A DNA stretch of 64,000 bases from positions 14,570,001 to 14,634,000 of the forward strand of contig NC_043006.1 in assembly GCF_006345805.1 (NCBI RefSeq), written 5' to 3'. The stretch is from Octopus sinensis. Its lineage: Eukaryota. Shown piece by piece: positions 1 through 11,900 of the stretch. Below the pieces are notes generated by a model. That model did not search any database and was not told where the DNA came from. It saw only the letters and a list, made by a program, of their open reading frames with translations. Numbering within the stretch: the stretch's first letter is position 1; each line of letters begins with the position of its first letter. Made by a program: the position numbers and the translations under genes.

Positions 1-396
1 TGTGGTTGCAGTCTTTGTTCCTGAGGTTTCATTGGAAGTGATTGTTGCATTTAATCAACTTTATAAACAATTATGAAACTCACATTAATACAATATCGTC
101 AATTACAGTTATTACAATATTGTAATGATATCTTAGATCCTTCCTCTTTACACCTTATTTGTTATTATTATTATATGTAACAGCATAATTTCTTTCATTG
201 ATGTTACATAAACATTTATTGATGTTTTTTTATTGCATTGTAGCTTGGGAAAAATTATAAACTAAAAGAAGTCGATTTGCTCAGCAATCTCCACCTTCTT
301 TACCTGTAATGTCAATTAAATTTTAGTAAATCATCAGTAATGATCTACGATGTCTGTACTATATATAGTCTATGTTTATATATATATATATATATA

Positions 397-590
397 GGTC
401 CCGGGTTGAGTCGGGGTTAACCACAGTAAATAAGGTACTCAATACATGGCAGAGTAAATTAATTTATTTTATAGAAGGAGCTTCTACAGGACTAGAACTG
501 TTTCATTCAAATGAAATCATCAGGAAGCCTGATGATTTCATTTGAATGAAACAGTTCTAGTCCTGTAGAAGCTCCTTCTATAAAATAAAT
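397..590. mobile_element. Palindromic Penelope-like (pLTR-type) unit inserted in (TA)n
   Basis: Perfect 63-bp inverted arms 462-524 / 528-590 with a 3-nt loop (AAG). The left arm continues to 397. Both ends run into (TA)n. Contains a hammerhead core. Confidence 0.7.
480..528 (-). ncRNA. Type I hammerhead ribozyme motif
   Basis: Minus strand reads GCTTC-CTGATGA-T TTC ATTT GAA T-GAAAC AG TTCTAGTC CT GTA-GAAGC. Stem I GCTTC/GAAGC, core CUGAUGA and GAAA, stem III ACAG/CTGT, GUA cleavage triplet. Stem II is closed by a non-canonical U.U. Confidence 0.75.
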
Positions 591-1037
591 AAATATATAT
601 ATATATAACACATATAGACTATATATATGCTTAAACACATATAGGCTATATACACCTATATGTCTATCAATATACACGTAATGTTTTCGTATTCTGTTTC
701 TGATTGTTTTCTTGTAATTGTTTATTAAAGCTAATATTTAAAAAAAATAAAATATGAAATTAACGTGTAAACAACAAGTATTTTGTAATTTGCTGCTATA
801 AAGAAAATTGATAGTCTTGTCTTTAATAACATCGCAGTATTTTGGCCAGTGCAATAGACACATACACACACACTTATAGCTGTAATACATGTAGACAACA
901 GTGAAGAAAATTGATAGATTTTATAGTCCTGTAGTCTTGATGTGTGTAAAATTAATTAATTAACTAGTAATCAATAGTTTCACCAAGTTGAATTCGGCAT
1001 GAAAAGGGACCATTTCTCGGTAAACTTAAGTAATATT

Positions 1038-1227
1038 TTATAATTAGGTGTTCAGCAAAGATTTGCTCTACCACATACCGAAGTTTAGAAATAGCAGCCA
1101 GAGAGAGAGAGAGACTTAGCTATTTCCTTTTTTGTCCGGGAATCTCTTTTTTAAAGTAGAGGAAATAGCTGCTATTTCTAAACTTCGGTATGTGGTAAAG
1201 CAAATCTTTGCTGAACCCTAATTATAA
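1038..1227. repeat. Inverted repeat, ~60-bp arms with ~70-bp spacer
   Basis: 1038-1098 (ttataattaggtgttcagcaaagatttgc...aaatagcagc) is the reverse complement of 1168-1227 with about 2 differences. The right end abuts (CA)n. Confidence 0.85.
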
Positions 1228-1237
1228 TACACACACA

Positions 1238-1268
<31 letters not shown>

Positions 1269-1388
1269 TCACACACACACACACACACCACACACCACAT
1301 ATGTTATATGTATATATATATATATATCTATATATATATATATATACCAATAATAAATATCAATTTTTTACCCTAAATTAATTTTATG

Positions 1389-1442
<54 letters not shown>

Positions 1443-1783
1443 GTAATATATACTATATATATATATATATATATATAGAATGTAATATATATATATATAT
1501 ATATAATGTATATATATATATATATATATATAATAAAATTAATATTATATATATTATATATATAATGTATATTATATATATATATAATGTATATATAATA
1601 TATATATATATAATGTATATATGTATATATATATATATTAAGTATATATGTAATATATATATATATAATGTATATATGTATATATATATATATATAATGT
1701 ATATATGTATATATTATATATATAATGTATATATGTATAATATAATATCTATAATGTATATGTATATATATATATATAATGTA

Positions 1784-1828
<45 letters not shown>

Positions 1829-2464
1829 GTTATATATATAATATATATGTATATATATGATATCTTATGTATATATATGTAATATATATGTATATATATA
1901 TATATATATATGTAATATATATATATATATGTATATATATATATTATATATATATATATATAATATATGTATATATATTAATATATGTATTATATATGTA
2001 TTATATATTATATATATATGTAATATAATATGTATATATATATACCTATATATATATCATACATATATATTACCATATATATACATATGTTATTATATAC
2101 TTACATATATATATATAAATATATAATCATATATAGTATTATATATATATGTATATATATATACATATATATATATACATATATATATATACATATATTA
2201 CATATGTTATATATATATATACATATATATATATACATATATATACATATATATATATATGTTATATCCATATATATAATACATATATATACATATATAT
2301 ATATATGTATATATACATATATATATATACATATATATACATATATATATCTATATGTATATATACATATATATATATACATATATATATCATATATATA
2401 TATATATGTATATAAACATATATATATATACATATATATACATATATATATATATGTATATACA

Positions 2465-2497
<33 letters not shown>

Positions 2498-2683
2498 GTA
2501 TATACATATATATATATACATATATATACATATATATATATATGTATATATATATACATATATATATATATGTATATATATACATATATATACATATATA
2601 TGTATATATACATATATATATATACATATATATACATATATATATATATGTATATATACATATATATATATACATATATATAC

Positions 2684-2748
<65 letters not shown>

Positions 2749-2774
2749 ATATATATGTATATATATATATATAT

Positions 2775-2863
<89 letters not shown>

Positions 2864-2900
2864 GTATATATATATATTATATATTATATATGTATATATA
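1228..2900. repeat. Compound microsatellite: (CA)n, then degenerate (TA)n with TG/CA interruptions
   Basis: Seen directly; source of the YI-rich spurious ORFs. Confidence 0.97.
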
Positions 2901-2992
2901 AAATATTATTAGAGACAAAACCACTATTTGCAAAACAAACAAGGAAAGACTTAATCAATACATAAAATTTTAATAAATAGTCAAAAAAACCG

Positions 2993-3035
2993 CCACTACA
3001 ATCGTTTCTTGTCTTGATCGACAATCTTCAGGTGG
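2993..3035 (-). ncRNA. Minimal type I hammerhead ribozyme (mirror copy)
   Basis: Exact reverse complement of 3082-3124 in the left arm of the palindrome. Confidence 0.85.
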
Positions 3036-3081
3036 ACTTCCAATAAGTCAGTTTCAAATTTGAAACTGACTTATTGGAAGT

Positions 3082-3124
3082 CCACCTGAAGATTGTCGAT
3101 CAAGACAAGAAACGATTGTAGTGG
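3082..3124 (+). ncRNA. Minimal type I hammerhead ribozyme
   Basis: CCAC-CTGAAGA-TTGTC GATCAA GACAA-GAAAC GATT GTA-GTGG. Stem I CCAC/GTGG, 5-bp stem II, minimal stem III with near-palindromic CGATTG, GUA cleavage site (after 3120). Confidence 0.85.
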
Positions 3125-3291
3125 CGGTTTTTTTGACTATTTATTAAAATTTTATGTATTGATTAAGTCTTTCCTTGTTTGTTTTGTAGTTTTTGTCTCT
3201 AATAATATTTTATAATATTTTACTATAAAATTGGATTTAATCCTAAATCTGATTTTTTCCCTGTAAATTTGGATTTATTCCCTAATATTTA

Positions 3292-3324
<33 letters not shown>

Positions 3325-3854
3325 AAGATTTGGTGTTTAAACACAATTAAGAGAGATAGATAAAAATTGTTAATGTATTTGATTTGCTTTCTAGTTTCCC
3401 CCCTTCCCCCATAATGATAGAAATGTTGATTTATACGGGTCGCTTATGAATGAATGAATGTCTTTTAAAGAAGTTATGAAGTTAATAAAAAAAATCAAGA
3501 GCAGACAAAGGTGATTGTTTGTAGGTGAAAAAAAAAAGAATATCCCCCCCGACTATTATTATTTCGAAACTGAAAGCAAGTTCCCTCCGAGTCGTTCAAT
3601 GGAAGTCGACACTCGATTCTTTCCCTTTCTCCGCAGACTATTTCTTTCTGACCTGAAGCTTGTTTACTCACTCTGAGTATAGCATTATATAGCATGTTCG
3701 TCATATTACATACACACTCACCTACATATATCAAAACTGATTTGTTTACACACATCGAATCTTAAAACACTGGTAATTATAATTAATACATCTGCGTCTT
3801 GATAAGATTCATTCATGCAATCTGTAGATTTCATAAGCACGCGTCAACACCCCT

Positions 3855-4452
3855 CTGTGTGTGTGTATGTATGTATATATAATATATATATATTTGTGCA
3901 TATGTGTATATAAATACATATGTGCATATACATGTATGTATACATATATATTAAATACATGCATATACGTATATGTATATATGTATGAGTATATATATAT
4001 ATATATATATTATATAGAGGGCATTATTACACATAAATGCCACACGCTAGGAGGGACTTTAAAAGTCATTACTACCAAAAATAAACGAATCGTCCCAAAT
4101 ATATATATATACACATGTGTATATGTGTGTGTGCATATGTATGTGTGCGTATATACGTATATATGTGTGTGTACGTGTGTATATATATTTATATATGTGT
4201 GTATATATATGCTTATATATGTGTATATATTTGTGCATACATATATATATATTTGTGTATATATATATGTATATGTGTGTGTATATATATGTATGTATAT
4301 GTGTGTATATATGTATATATTTGTATATATATATACGTATATGTGTGTATATATGTATATATATATTGTGATATATGTGTAATATATGTATGTTTATATA
4401 ACATATATTTGTATATATGTATGTATTTGTGAATATATATATATATATATAT
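3855..4452. repeat. Degenerate (TA)/(TG) microsatellite with a short unique insert at ~4015-4097
   Basis: Seen directly. Confidence 0.9.
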
Positions 4453-4454
4453 GA

Positions 4455-4627
4455 ACGTAAAAGCACCCACTGCACTCACGGGGTGGTTGGTGTTAGGAAG
4501 GGCATCTAGCTGTAGAAACTCTGCCAGATCAAGATTGGAGTCTAGTGCAGCCATCTGGTTCGTCAGACCTCAGTCAAATCGTCCAACCCATGCTAGCATG
4601 GAAAGCGGACGTTAAACGATGATGATG
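4455..4627 (+). mobile_element. Retroposon 3' end with (GAT)n tail (RTE-type LINE 3'UTR / SINE tail)
   Basis: Ends ccaacccatgctagcatggaaagcggacgttaaacgatgatgatg; more than 10 related copies in the window. Confidence 0.85.
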
Positions 4628-4713
4628 TACATACATGTATGTGTGAGCACATATATTTGTGCATATATGAATATATGTGTGTATATATAGAAATATATGT
4701 ATGTCATCATTGT

Positions 4714-4774
<61 letters not shown>

Positions 4775-5261
4775 TGTAAATATGTGTTCATGTATATCTC
4801 TTACGGGAATAGAACCTAGTAGCCACTCGACCTGCTCTTAACAGTAGCTAAATCCTCATTAAATTTTTACTCCTCCATCTAGAATCTTTGAGTACTAATG
4901 TTGTCCCAAAACACATATTGCACAGTAGAAGACATTGTGGCCTTGCCGGGCGCACCTTCTATCACAGGGTGCTTTAGTACTGCATAATTTGAGGATTTTA
5001 AACAACGCAGACGCATATATATATATAAATTTCTTTTCTACACACATGTAATTATGTATACAACCATACACACACATGCACGCATTAAGCCTTTTTTTTT
5101 ACACACATCTACATCTCTATACAGTTTATTTAATTCAGACCCATATTGTTACCTACCACTCATTTTTCGTCAAGAATAACTATATATAGTTATCTGGGTG
5201 TTTAATAGAAATGTGTATATATTAATATATTTCGTTAAACACACGGTCATATATATATATA

Positions 5262-5392
5262 CAGGGTGTCCCAAAAAAATGTATACACACCTTAAATAAT
5301 TGTAAATTTGTTATTCTTTGTAAGCCTAGTACTTATTCTATCGTTCTCTTTTGCCGAACCACTATGTGTATACATTTTTTGGGGACACCCTG
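5262..5392. mobile_element. Tc1/mariner-type MITE with an internal SINE fragment
   Basis: TA-CAGGGTGTCCCAAAAAAATGTATACACA ... TGTGTATACATTTTTTGGGGACACCCTG-TA: ~27-bp TIRs, TA flanks. Confidence 0.85.
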
Positions 5393-6169
5393 TATATATA
5401 CAGATATATTTGTTTTTATGTGAGGTGTATATATAACAAAACACTTGTGCATTAAAATCTAAAGATCACTCAGTACTTTTTTTAGTTCTTTAGCAATTGG
5501 TACCATTTATTAATTGTTACTAAGGAAATATGTTGGCAGTAACTTCGAACTTTCGGTTTAAAAGCCGTCATAAGACTTGCCGAAACTTCGAAGTTACTGT
5601 CAGTTTTTCCCCCCTTGTAACAATGAAATTATTTATGTCTGTGTTGGTGTGTGTACTGAACCGATTCTTGTTTCGTTTTACACATAATTATATATGTCTA
5701 CAGGCTGGCTTGGTACGTCAACAGTTGTGGAAACAGACCATGTTTCTCTGCAATATTTAGTTAATGAAAGACGGGCCAAATATTTTTAAAAGCAAGTGAA
5801 AAAGTGCCGAAGAGGAAGAAGTAAACCTCATTTTTTTTTCTCTCCTTATTTTACCTTTTCTGAATTATAATTTGTTTTTTTCTTCTTCTTTCTTTGTTGT
5901 CGTGTTTGCTTTATTATTAAACCATATGAGAACAGTTGACATTATGCACTCACATTACATATATATATATATATATCTACGTAATATATACACCAACTCC
6001 CATCGGTGTAGTCATCATATACTTATGTACATGCACCCTCTTCTTGTCGGCAAGCAAAGCCGAAACTTCGAAGTCACTATCAACGTTTTTTTCTCTATGT
6101 AGAGATTAATAAATGTGCTCTATATTAAAAAGTATTGAGTAATCATTTCAGTTTAATGTCAAATTGTTT

Positions 6170-6201
6170 GTGTGTATATGTATATATATATATATATACC
6201 T

Positions 6202-6232
<31 letters not shown>

Positions 6233-6319
6233 CACACACATAAGAACAATACATACTACAATCTCCTGTCATCATACACACACACATATATATATACACA
6301 CATACATATATATATATAT

Positions 6320-6368
<49 letters not shown>

Positions 6369-6397
6369 AGAACAATACATACACTACAATCTCCTGT

Positions 6398-6440
<43 letters not shown>

Positions 6441-6530
6441 AGAACAATACATACACTACAATCTCCTGTCATCATATATATATATATATACACACATACA
6501 TACATATACACACATCGTCATTATATATGT
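6170..6530. repeat. Three copies of a ~37-bp unique core separated by TA/CA microsatellite
   Basis: taagaacaatacatac(ac)tacaatctcctgtcatcat at 6241, 6367 and 6439. Confidence 0.9.
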
Positions 6531-7178
6531 GTGTAATATATATATACACTCACTCTCCGTCTCTGCCCAGCATTCATTCACTCTCTCTCTCTCTTTCTCT
6601 CACTCACTCACTCTCTCTCTCTCTGTATATACACACATAGACATTAGAGAGAAAGTGAGTGATAGAGATTATTTATCATTATTAGTGATTAGACACTCTT
6701 AAACAGCCAGAGCTAAGCGACTTATTACTGGCGATCGTAAACAACATTTTTTCCCGTCTTCTTGTGTGTAATTCTTATTTATTACACATATACAACAACA
6801 CAAATCCTGTCTTGGTTTATTTTTAATTAATTAATTTTTTTGCAAAATTCAAAAAACCTTTTAATTTTTTTTGCGAGGGGTTTCTCGATGATGAGGTAAG
6901 CCGGAATGTGTGTAATTGTGTTGTGTTGTGTTGTGTAGTTTTGTCTTGTTAAGAAAATAAGAAAAAAGGAATCGCATTCTAGAAATATAGAAAAGAAAGT
7001 AAAATGACTTCTGCTGTGTATATTTAAAAAAAAAAGAAGCGGCTGAAAGAATAATATGGAAATATGAATGTTTTTAAGTGAGCTTGAGTGGAGATAATCA
7101 TAAAACCTTCATCTAGATCATCACCTTTATTTTTTCCTCTCTTTGTACTCTGTGTGTATATATATAAAACATACATTG

Positions 7179-7209
<31 letters not shown>

Positions 7210-7439
7210 GATATATATATATACACATGTATGAATGTATGTTTTATCTGTTTTATAATAATAATAATGATGATGATAATAATGATACCTTGTGTTGTGT
7301 GTGTCTCTTGTTTTAAAGAGAAGGTACATAACATACACACGATTACGCATCCGCACAGACACACACACACACACACATGAGTACAGACATACACTTACAC
7401 CTTCACACGCACACACACACATACATAAATACAGTTTCC

Positions 7440-7705
7440 ACACCAACACACATACATAAATACACATTCACATGCACACACATACATAAATAGGCACTCA
7501 CGCACACACACATATGCATAAATAGGCACTCACGCACACACACACACATACATAAATAGGCACTCACGCACACACACACACATACATAAATAGGCACTCA
7601 CGCACACACACACATACATAAATAGGCACTCACGCACACACACATACATAAATACGCACGCACGCACACACATACACGTATACGTACGCACGCACGCACG
7701 CACAC
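7440..7705. repeat. Minisatellite (cacatacataaataggcactcacgcaca)n
   Basis: About 5-6 units of 30-38 bp with variable CA counts. Confidence 0.9.
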
Positions 7706-8743
7706 TCCCACCCTCTCACTCTTTCTCTCCCTCTCTTGCTCAGATATAGCGGCCATATTGGAGTTTCCCCAGTTCAGTATTGAAGCTTTGATATTTTTAG
7801 AGGCCGCCCCCTTTCTTCGATGTTTCTTTCCTTCAATTTTCCTTTTGCATCAGCAATCGCGTGGATTAACAGGAGTACCTTTCAGCCAAGCATCGAAGAC
7901 ATTTCAATTTCTGTGAGCCATTTCCTTTTCATATAAACTTCTGGTCATGTTTCTTTTTTTTGTTTTATTCAATAGCTTTTGTTTGTTTTTCGTTTTTATT
8001 CTCTCTTTCTTTCTTTCCTTCTCTTTCTCTCTCTTTCTCCATCTCCCCCCTCTCTCTCTCCTTCTTTCTCTCTCTCTTTTTTTCTTCTTTACATACGTGC
8101 CGAATGTTATTAAATCGGGGATCACTTTACCAATTACTGACTAAATAAAACAGAACCCTCATTTTGTGGCCACCATCCTCAAAAACTATGCATCTGCTTT
8201 TTTTTAATTTTTTTTATTTAAAACTGTTTTGGGTTTTCTTTACTTTTCGTTTTTTTTTTTTTTAATTTTTAAACATAAAAATTATTATTATTATTATTAT
8301 TATTATTATAATTTAAACCCAGAAAAAAAAAAAAAATTTTTTTACTACAATATTCCGAAAATTGTGTTGTTGATTAAAAAAAAAATAACAAAAAAACAAA
8401 ACAAAAATAAAATATGCCGACAGATTTTTTCTGTAAGAGGAAAATTATATTCTTTTAACTGCTGAGAGATCTTTTTTTTTTTTTACACTACAATGAAGCG
8501 ACGAATATCTGCGTCTTCAAATAAACAAGGAGTTTGCTTTAGAAAAGATAAATTATATATTGCTGAAGGTCCTTTGCCCCCTTCCCCCCCCTTTGCTTGT
8601 GATAACAATAAAAGGATTATTCACTCCCAAAAGGTTCTCCTCCATACAGTCTGATATATATAATGTAATGGGTGGTAACGAGGTGGCGTGATGATGATTG
8701 CCGGTTGCAAGTCTTCTCTGAAAAGTCTTACAATATATACATA

Positions 8744-8776
<33 letters not shown>

Positions 8777-8800
8777 GTACATACATGCATCTAGTGTGTA

Positions 8801-8954
8801 TATGTGAAAGAAAAAAAGGTGGTTCAGAATGCTGGATGGTTGTAAAAATATATATTTATTTACATATCACATATTATTTCTTCATATTAGAGCTTTCAGC
8901 TACTCCTACAAACCATCCATCCAGCATTCTGAACACCTTTTTCTTTCATATGTA
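8801..8954. mobile_element. MITE-like foldback
   Basis: tgaaagaaaaaaaggtggttcagaatgctggatgg (~8805-8839) is inverted at ccatccagcattctgaacacctttttctttca (~8917-8948). TA-rich flanks. Confidence 0.65.
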
Positions 8955-11900
8955 ATAAATCTGTACATCACCCCCCACCAATACTTCTAACATATATATA
9001 TATATGTGTGTGTGTGTGTATATAATGTGTGTGTGTGTGTGTATAATGTGTGTGTGTCTGTATATATATAATGAGTGTGTGTATATATGTGTGTGTGTAT
9101 ATATATAATGTGTCTTTGTGTGGGTAATGATTGATCTCATCACACATACATTATGGAATGGTGGTGGGTGAATTGGCAATGAAATAATGCATATTTTTCT
9201 TCAGACGTATCTCGTGTAATCGATATAATATATGCTATTAGGGTCGTATCTAATCTGTATAATAAATGTACGCGTGTGTGTGTGTAGTGTGTGTAGAGTG
9301 TTCAGTCCAGTCCAGTCGTAGACACTTAACATTGAAGATAATAAATTTATGCTTCAAAACCGGCTTTCGTAGGCACAATGCAACTATTTTATCGATTTCC
9401 TCATCTGTAACATTGAGCTTCTCTTTTCTTTTTTTTCTTTCCTTTCTCCTTCTCCCCCCCTTTCTTCTTCTTCCCTCCTTATCCTTTTAATTATCCGTCT
9501 CTGGTCTCTCTCTCTTTATATATGAAGTTCATTTATTTTGTCGTTTCACGTTTTTTAGTAAAGAAGCCTCGCTATGACTGACTTTTTAACTTTTCACTCT
9601 AAAACCCTCATCGGGGTGTATCTATGTGGTGGGGGAACTCGCTAAAAAAACCCGGGGAATCGTTGAAATAAAGCCTACGGTTTCGTTCTACGTTTTTAGA
9701 TAATAATATTTGGCTTTTATTTTAGCAGAAAATCCCAACAATATTGCCATGTAACGGCCTCTGCTGTTGGGGGAAAAAAAAGCATGACTGTCATAACTTC
9801 CGGTTTCTCTATTGTTGGTCGGAGGTGTCATGTCTGTCTGTCTCTTTGCAAAACTTTATATCTCTCTCTGCGGTTTTGTGCGATGGCTTTTTTTTTTTTA
9901 GCAGTGGGTTACTACTGCTGATGTTTGTTGAAATAATCTCAGCAAAATCCAGTCTGCGACTTATTAATTTTTATATTGGCACGATAGGTAAGAGTGCCGG
10001 ACGACGAAATGTGTTGGTTGCTGTGTTCGGTTACTTCCCTTTGCATCGCGAGTTCAAATCCCGCCCAAGTCGACATTGTCTGATAATAAAAACCAGCGAG
10101 TCAGATCGACTGTATCAGCTGTGTGCCTTTGCCCTACAAACCTATGGCTTTATGTAAAAAAGTCGGAAATCACAGCTGATATTGCTTTTCATCTACTGGG
10201 TTTAGTTAAAATTGTACCTGTAATATAATAGTGGACTAGTTGTGTTACTCACACACACACAGCTTGGTTATATACCGAACTATTATGAAATATTTTCCCC
10301 TTGTGATTTGGTCAACGAAAATATTACATAATGTCGACAGTTGCTTTCTATTTTTTTCTTTGTATTTTCTATTTCGAAAGGCTTGGGCACTTCAAAATTC
10401 TGATTTCTTCTACCATTATACAGCAGTTTGTTGTATAAATGGCAGCAGAAATTGTACACATCAGTTATATATATGATGATCGCGGAATGTTTTCGTGTAA
10501 AATGTCATTCATTATCGTTATTTCATTGAGATATAAAAAAAAAAAAAGAGTAAACATCTTGTAAATATCTATAACAGACAGACGTCTGTGTTATGCGTTT
10601 TAGATATAAAGTGCAATAGACTTAGTATTTAGACTATATATTTATAAGCCAATCGTTAGTCCGACAAAATATATTTTGTTTCCCCTACGCTGATAGACAC
10701 GTATATGTGTGTGTGTGTATATATCTATATGTATGTGATCTACAAACTACTATCACTATGCGCATATTAGTTTGTATATATTACGCTATAATTGTCATGA
10801 TACAGTATTTATATCATTCCCATTGGTGGAATAATTCTTCGATTAAGATAACTTTCTGATTTCTTCATCTATTAATTCCGATTGATGTCCTGTATTTATT
10901 AAATTAATCAAACGGTTCATTAGGGAGGTGATTTATCCCAACAATCTCTGCATCTCTTCGCTATTAAAATGTTGCTAGCCATTTCTTCCTTACTTTTTTT
11001 TTTAACCGGACAGGTGATTGAATAATATCGATTAGTAAAACTGATTTCATTATATCGAACGTAACATTTTATTGTTTAGCATTCAGTGTGATAAATGTTT
11101 TCATTTTTTTTCTCTCTTTCATACTGTCTGTCTCTCAAGAAATATGTTGTAGGTCATCACAAAGCGATGTAATCTTTTTTTTTTTTTTTACTCTTTTTGT
11201 TTAAGGTTGGGTGTTCGGGCAAATAGCTTTATTATTTATCTCGCACCATCCTATATATATATAATAAATCCAGGTAAAGGTGGGGTGGTTACTGACATAA
11301 CAATGCCTTGACTGTGCACACGCACAACACACACACATATGTAATGTGCGTGTATATGTCGATATATATACACACACACACGTCCAATGTGTACAATTTA
11401 TGAATGTATAACCTACATACATCATTATCTCCCTTTGCCAGTTGTGACTGGATGGTTTTCATTATGAAATAAGCAACATTAAACATTTCTTTTTCGGTAC
11501 ATACGCAGAGAAGCCTTCCTTCCTTCCTTTAAACAATTAGTGTGTATATGTGCGCGTGTGTATAAATAATATATATATATATATATATAATAATATATAT
11601 TTATATTTTTTGATATGGTAAAACGGCTCAATTTAGGTTAATTGTGTATTTTTCTTTTATTAATTAATTTAAAAGCCATATTTTTTTTAAAATCCTTGAA
11701 GACTCGATCGCTTTCTTTCTTATTTGCTGTACATCTGTTAGTTAACTCGCGCAGTTCGCTGCTGTTAAGGAGGCATGAATATATTAGCGGAGTTTGTTTC
11801 GTATAATCTATTTGGACAGGAGTGTCACATGATGATGATGGTAATTGCGGTGGATTTGTTACATCAAAAAAGAAAAAAATAAGGAAAAACTAAAATAAAA

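Larger units (their letters stand above)
2897..3296. mobile_element. Palindromic Penelope-like (pLTR-type) unit inserted in (TA)n
   Basis: Perfect loop-less palindrome, 128-bp arms 2931-3058 / 3059-3186, extending with an indel to 2897/3214. The right arm continues to ~3296. (TA)n on both sides. Confidence 0.75.

Noticed and set aside
1565-2912. Many long ORFs (YI/YM-rich)
   Set aside because: Translations of (TA)n microsatellite; the same applies to 3861-4554, 6135-6640 and 12848-13412.
6241-6475. CRISPR-like repeat-spacer pattern
   Set aside because: Spacers are microsatellite, the context is eukaryotic, and there are no cas genes.
7700-7760. Minus-strand start codon MAAISEQERERK
   Set aside because: Runs directly into microsatellite with no convincing donor; better read as a YY1-like motif.
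9981-9995. First-exon splice donor ATAG|GTAAGA
   Set aside because: Lies within a decayed SINE head (~9975-10150); no independent support.
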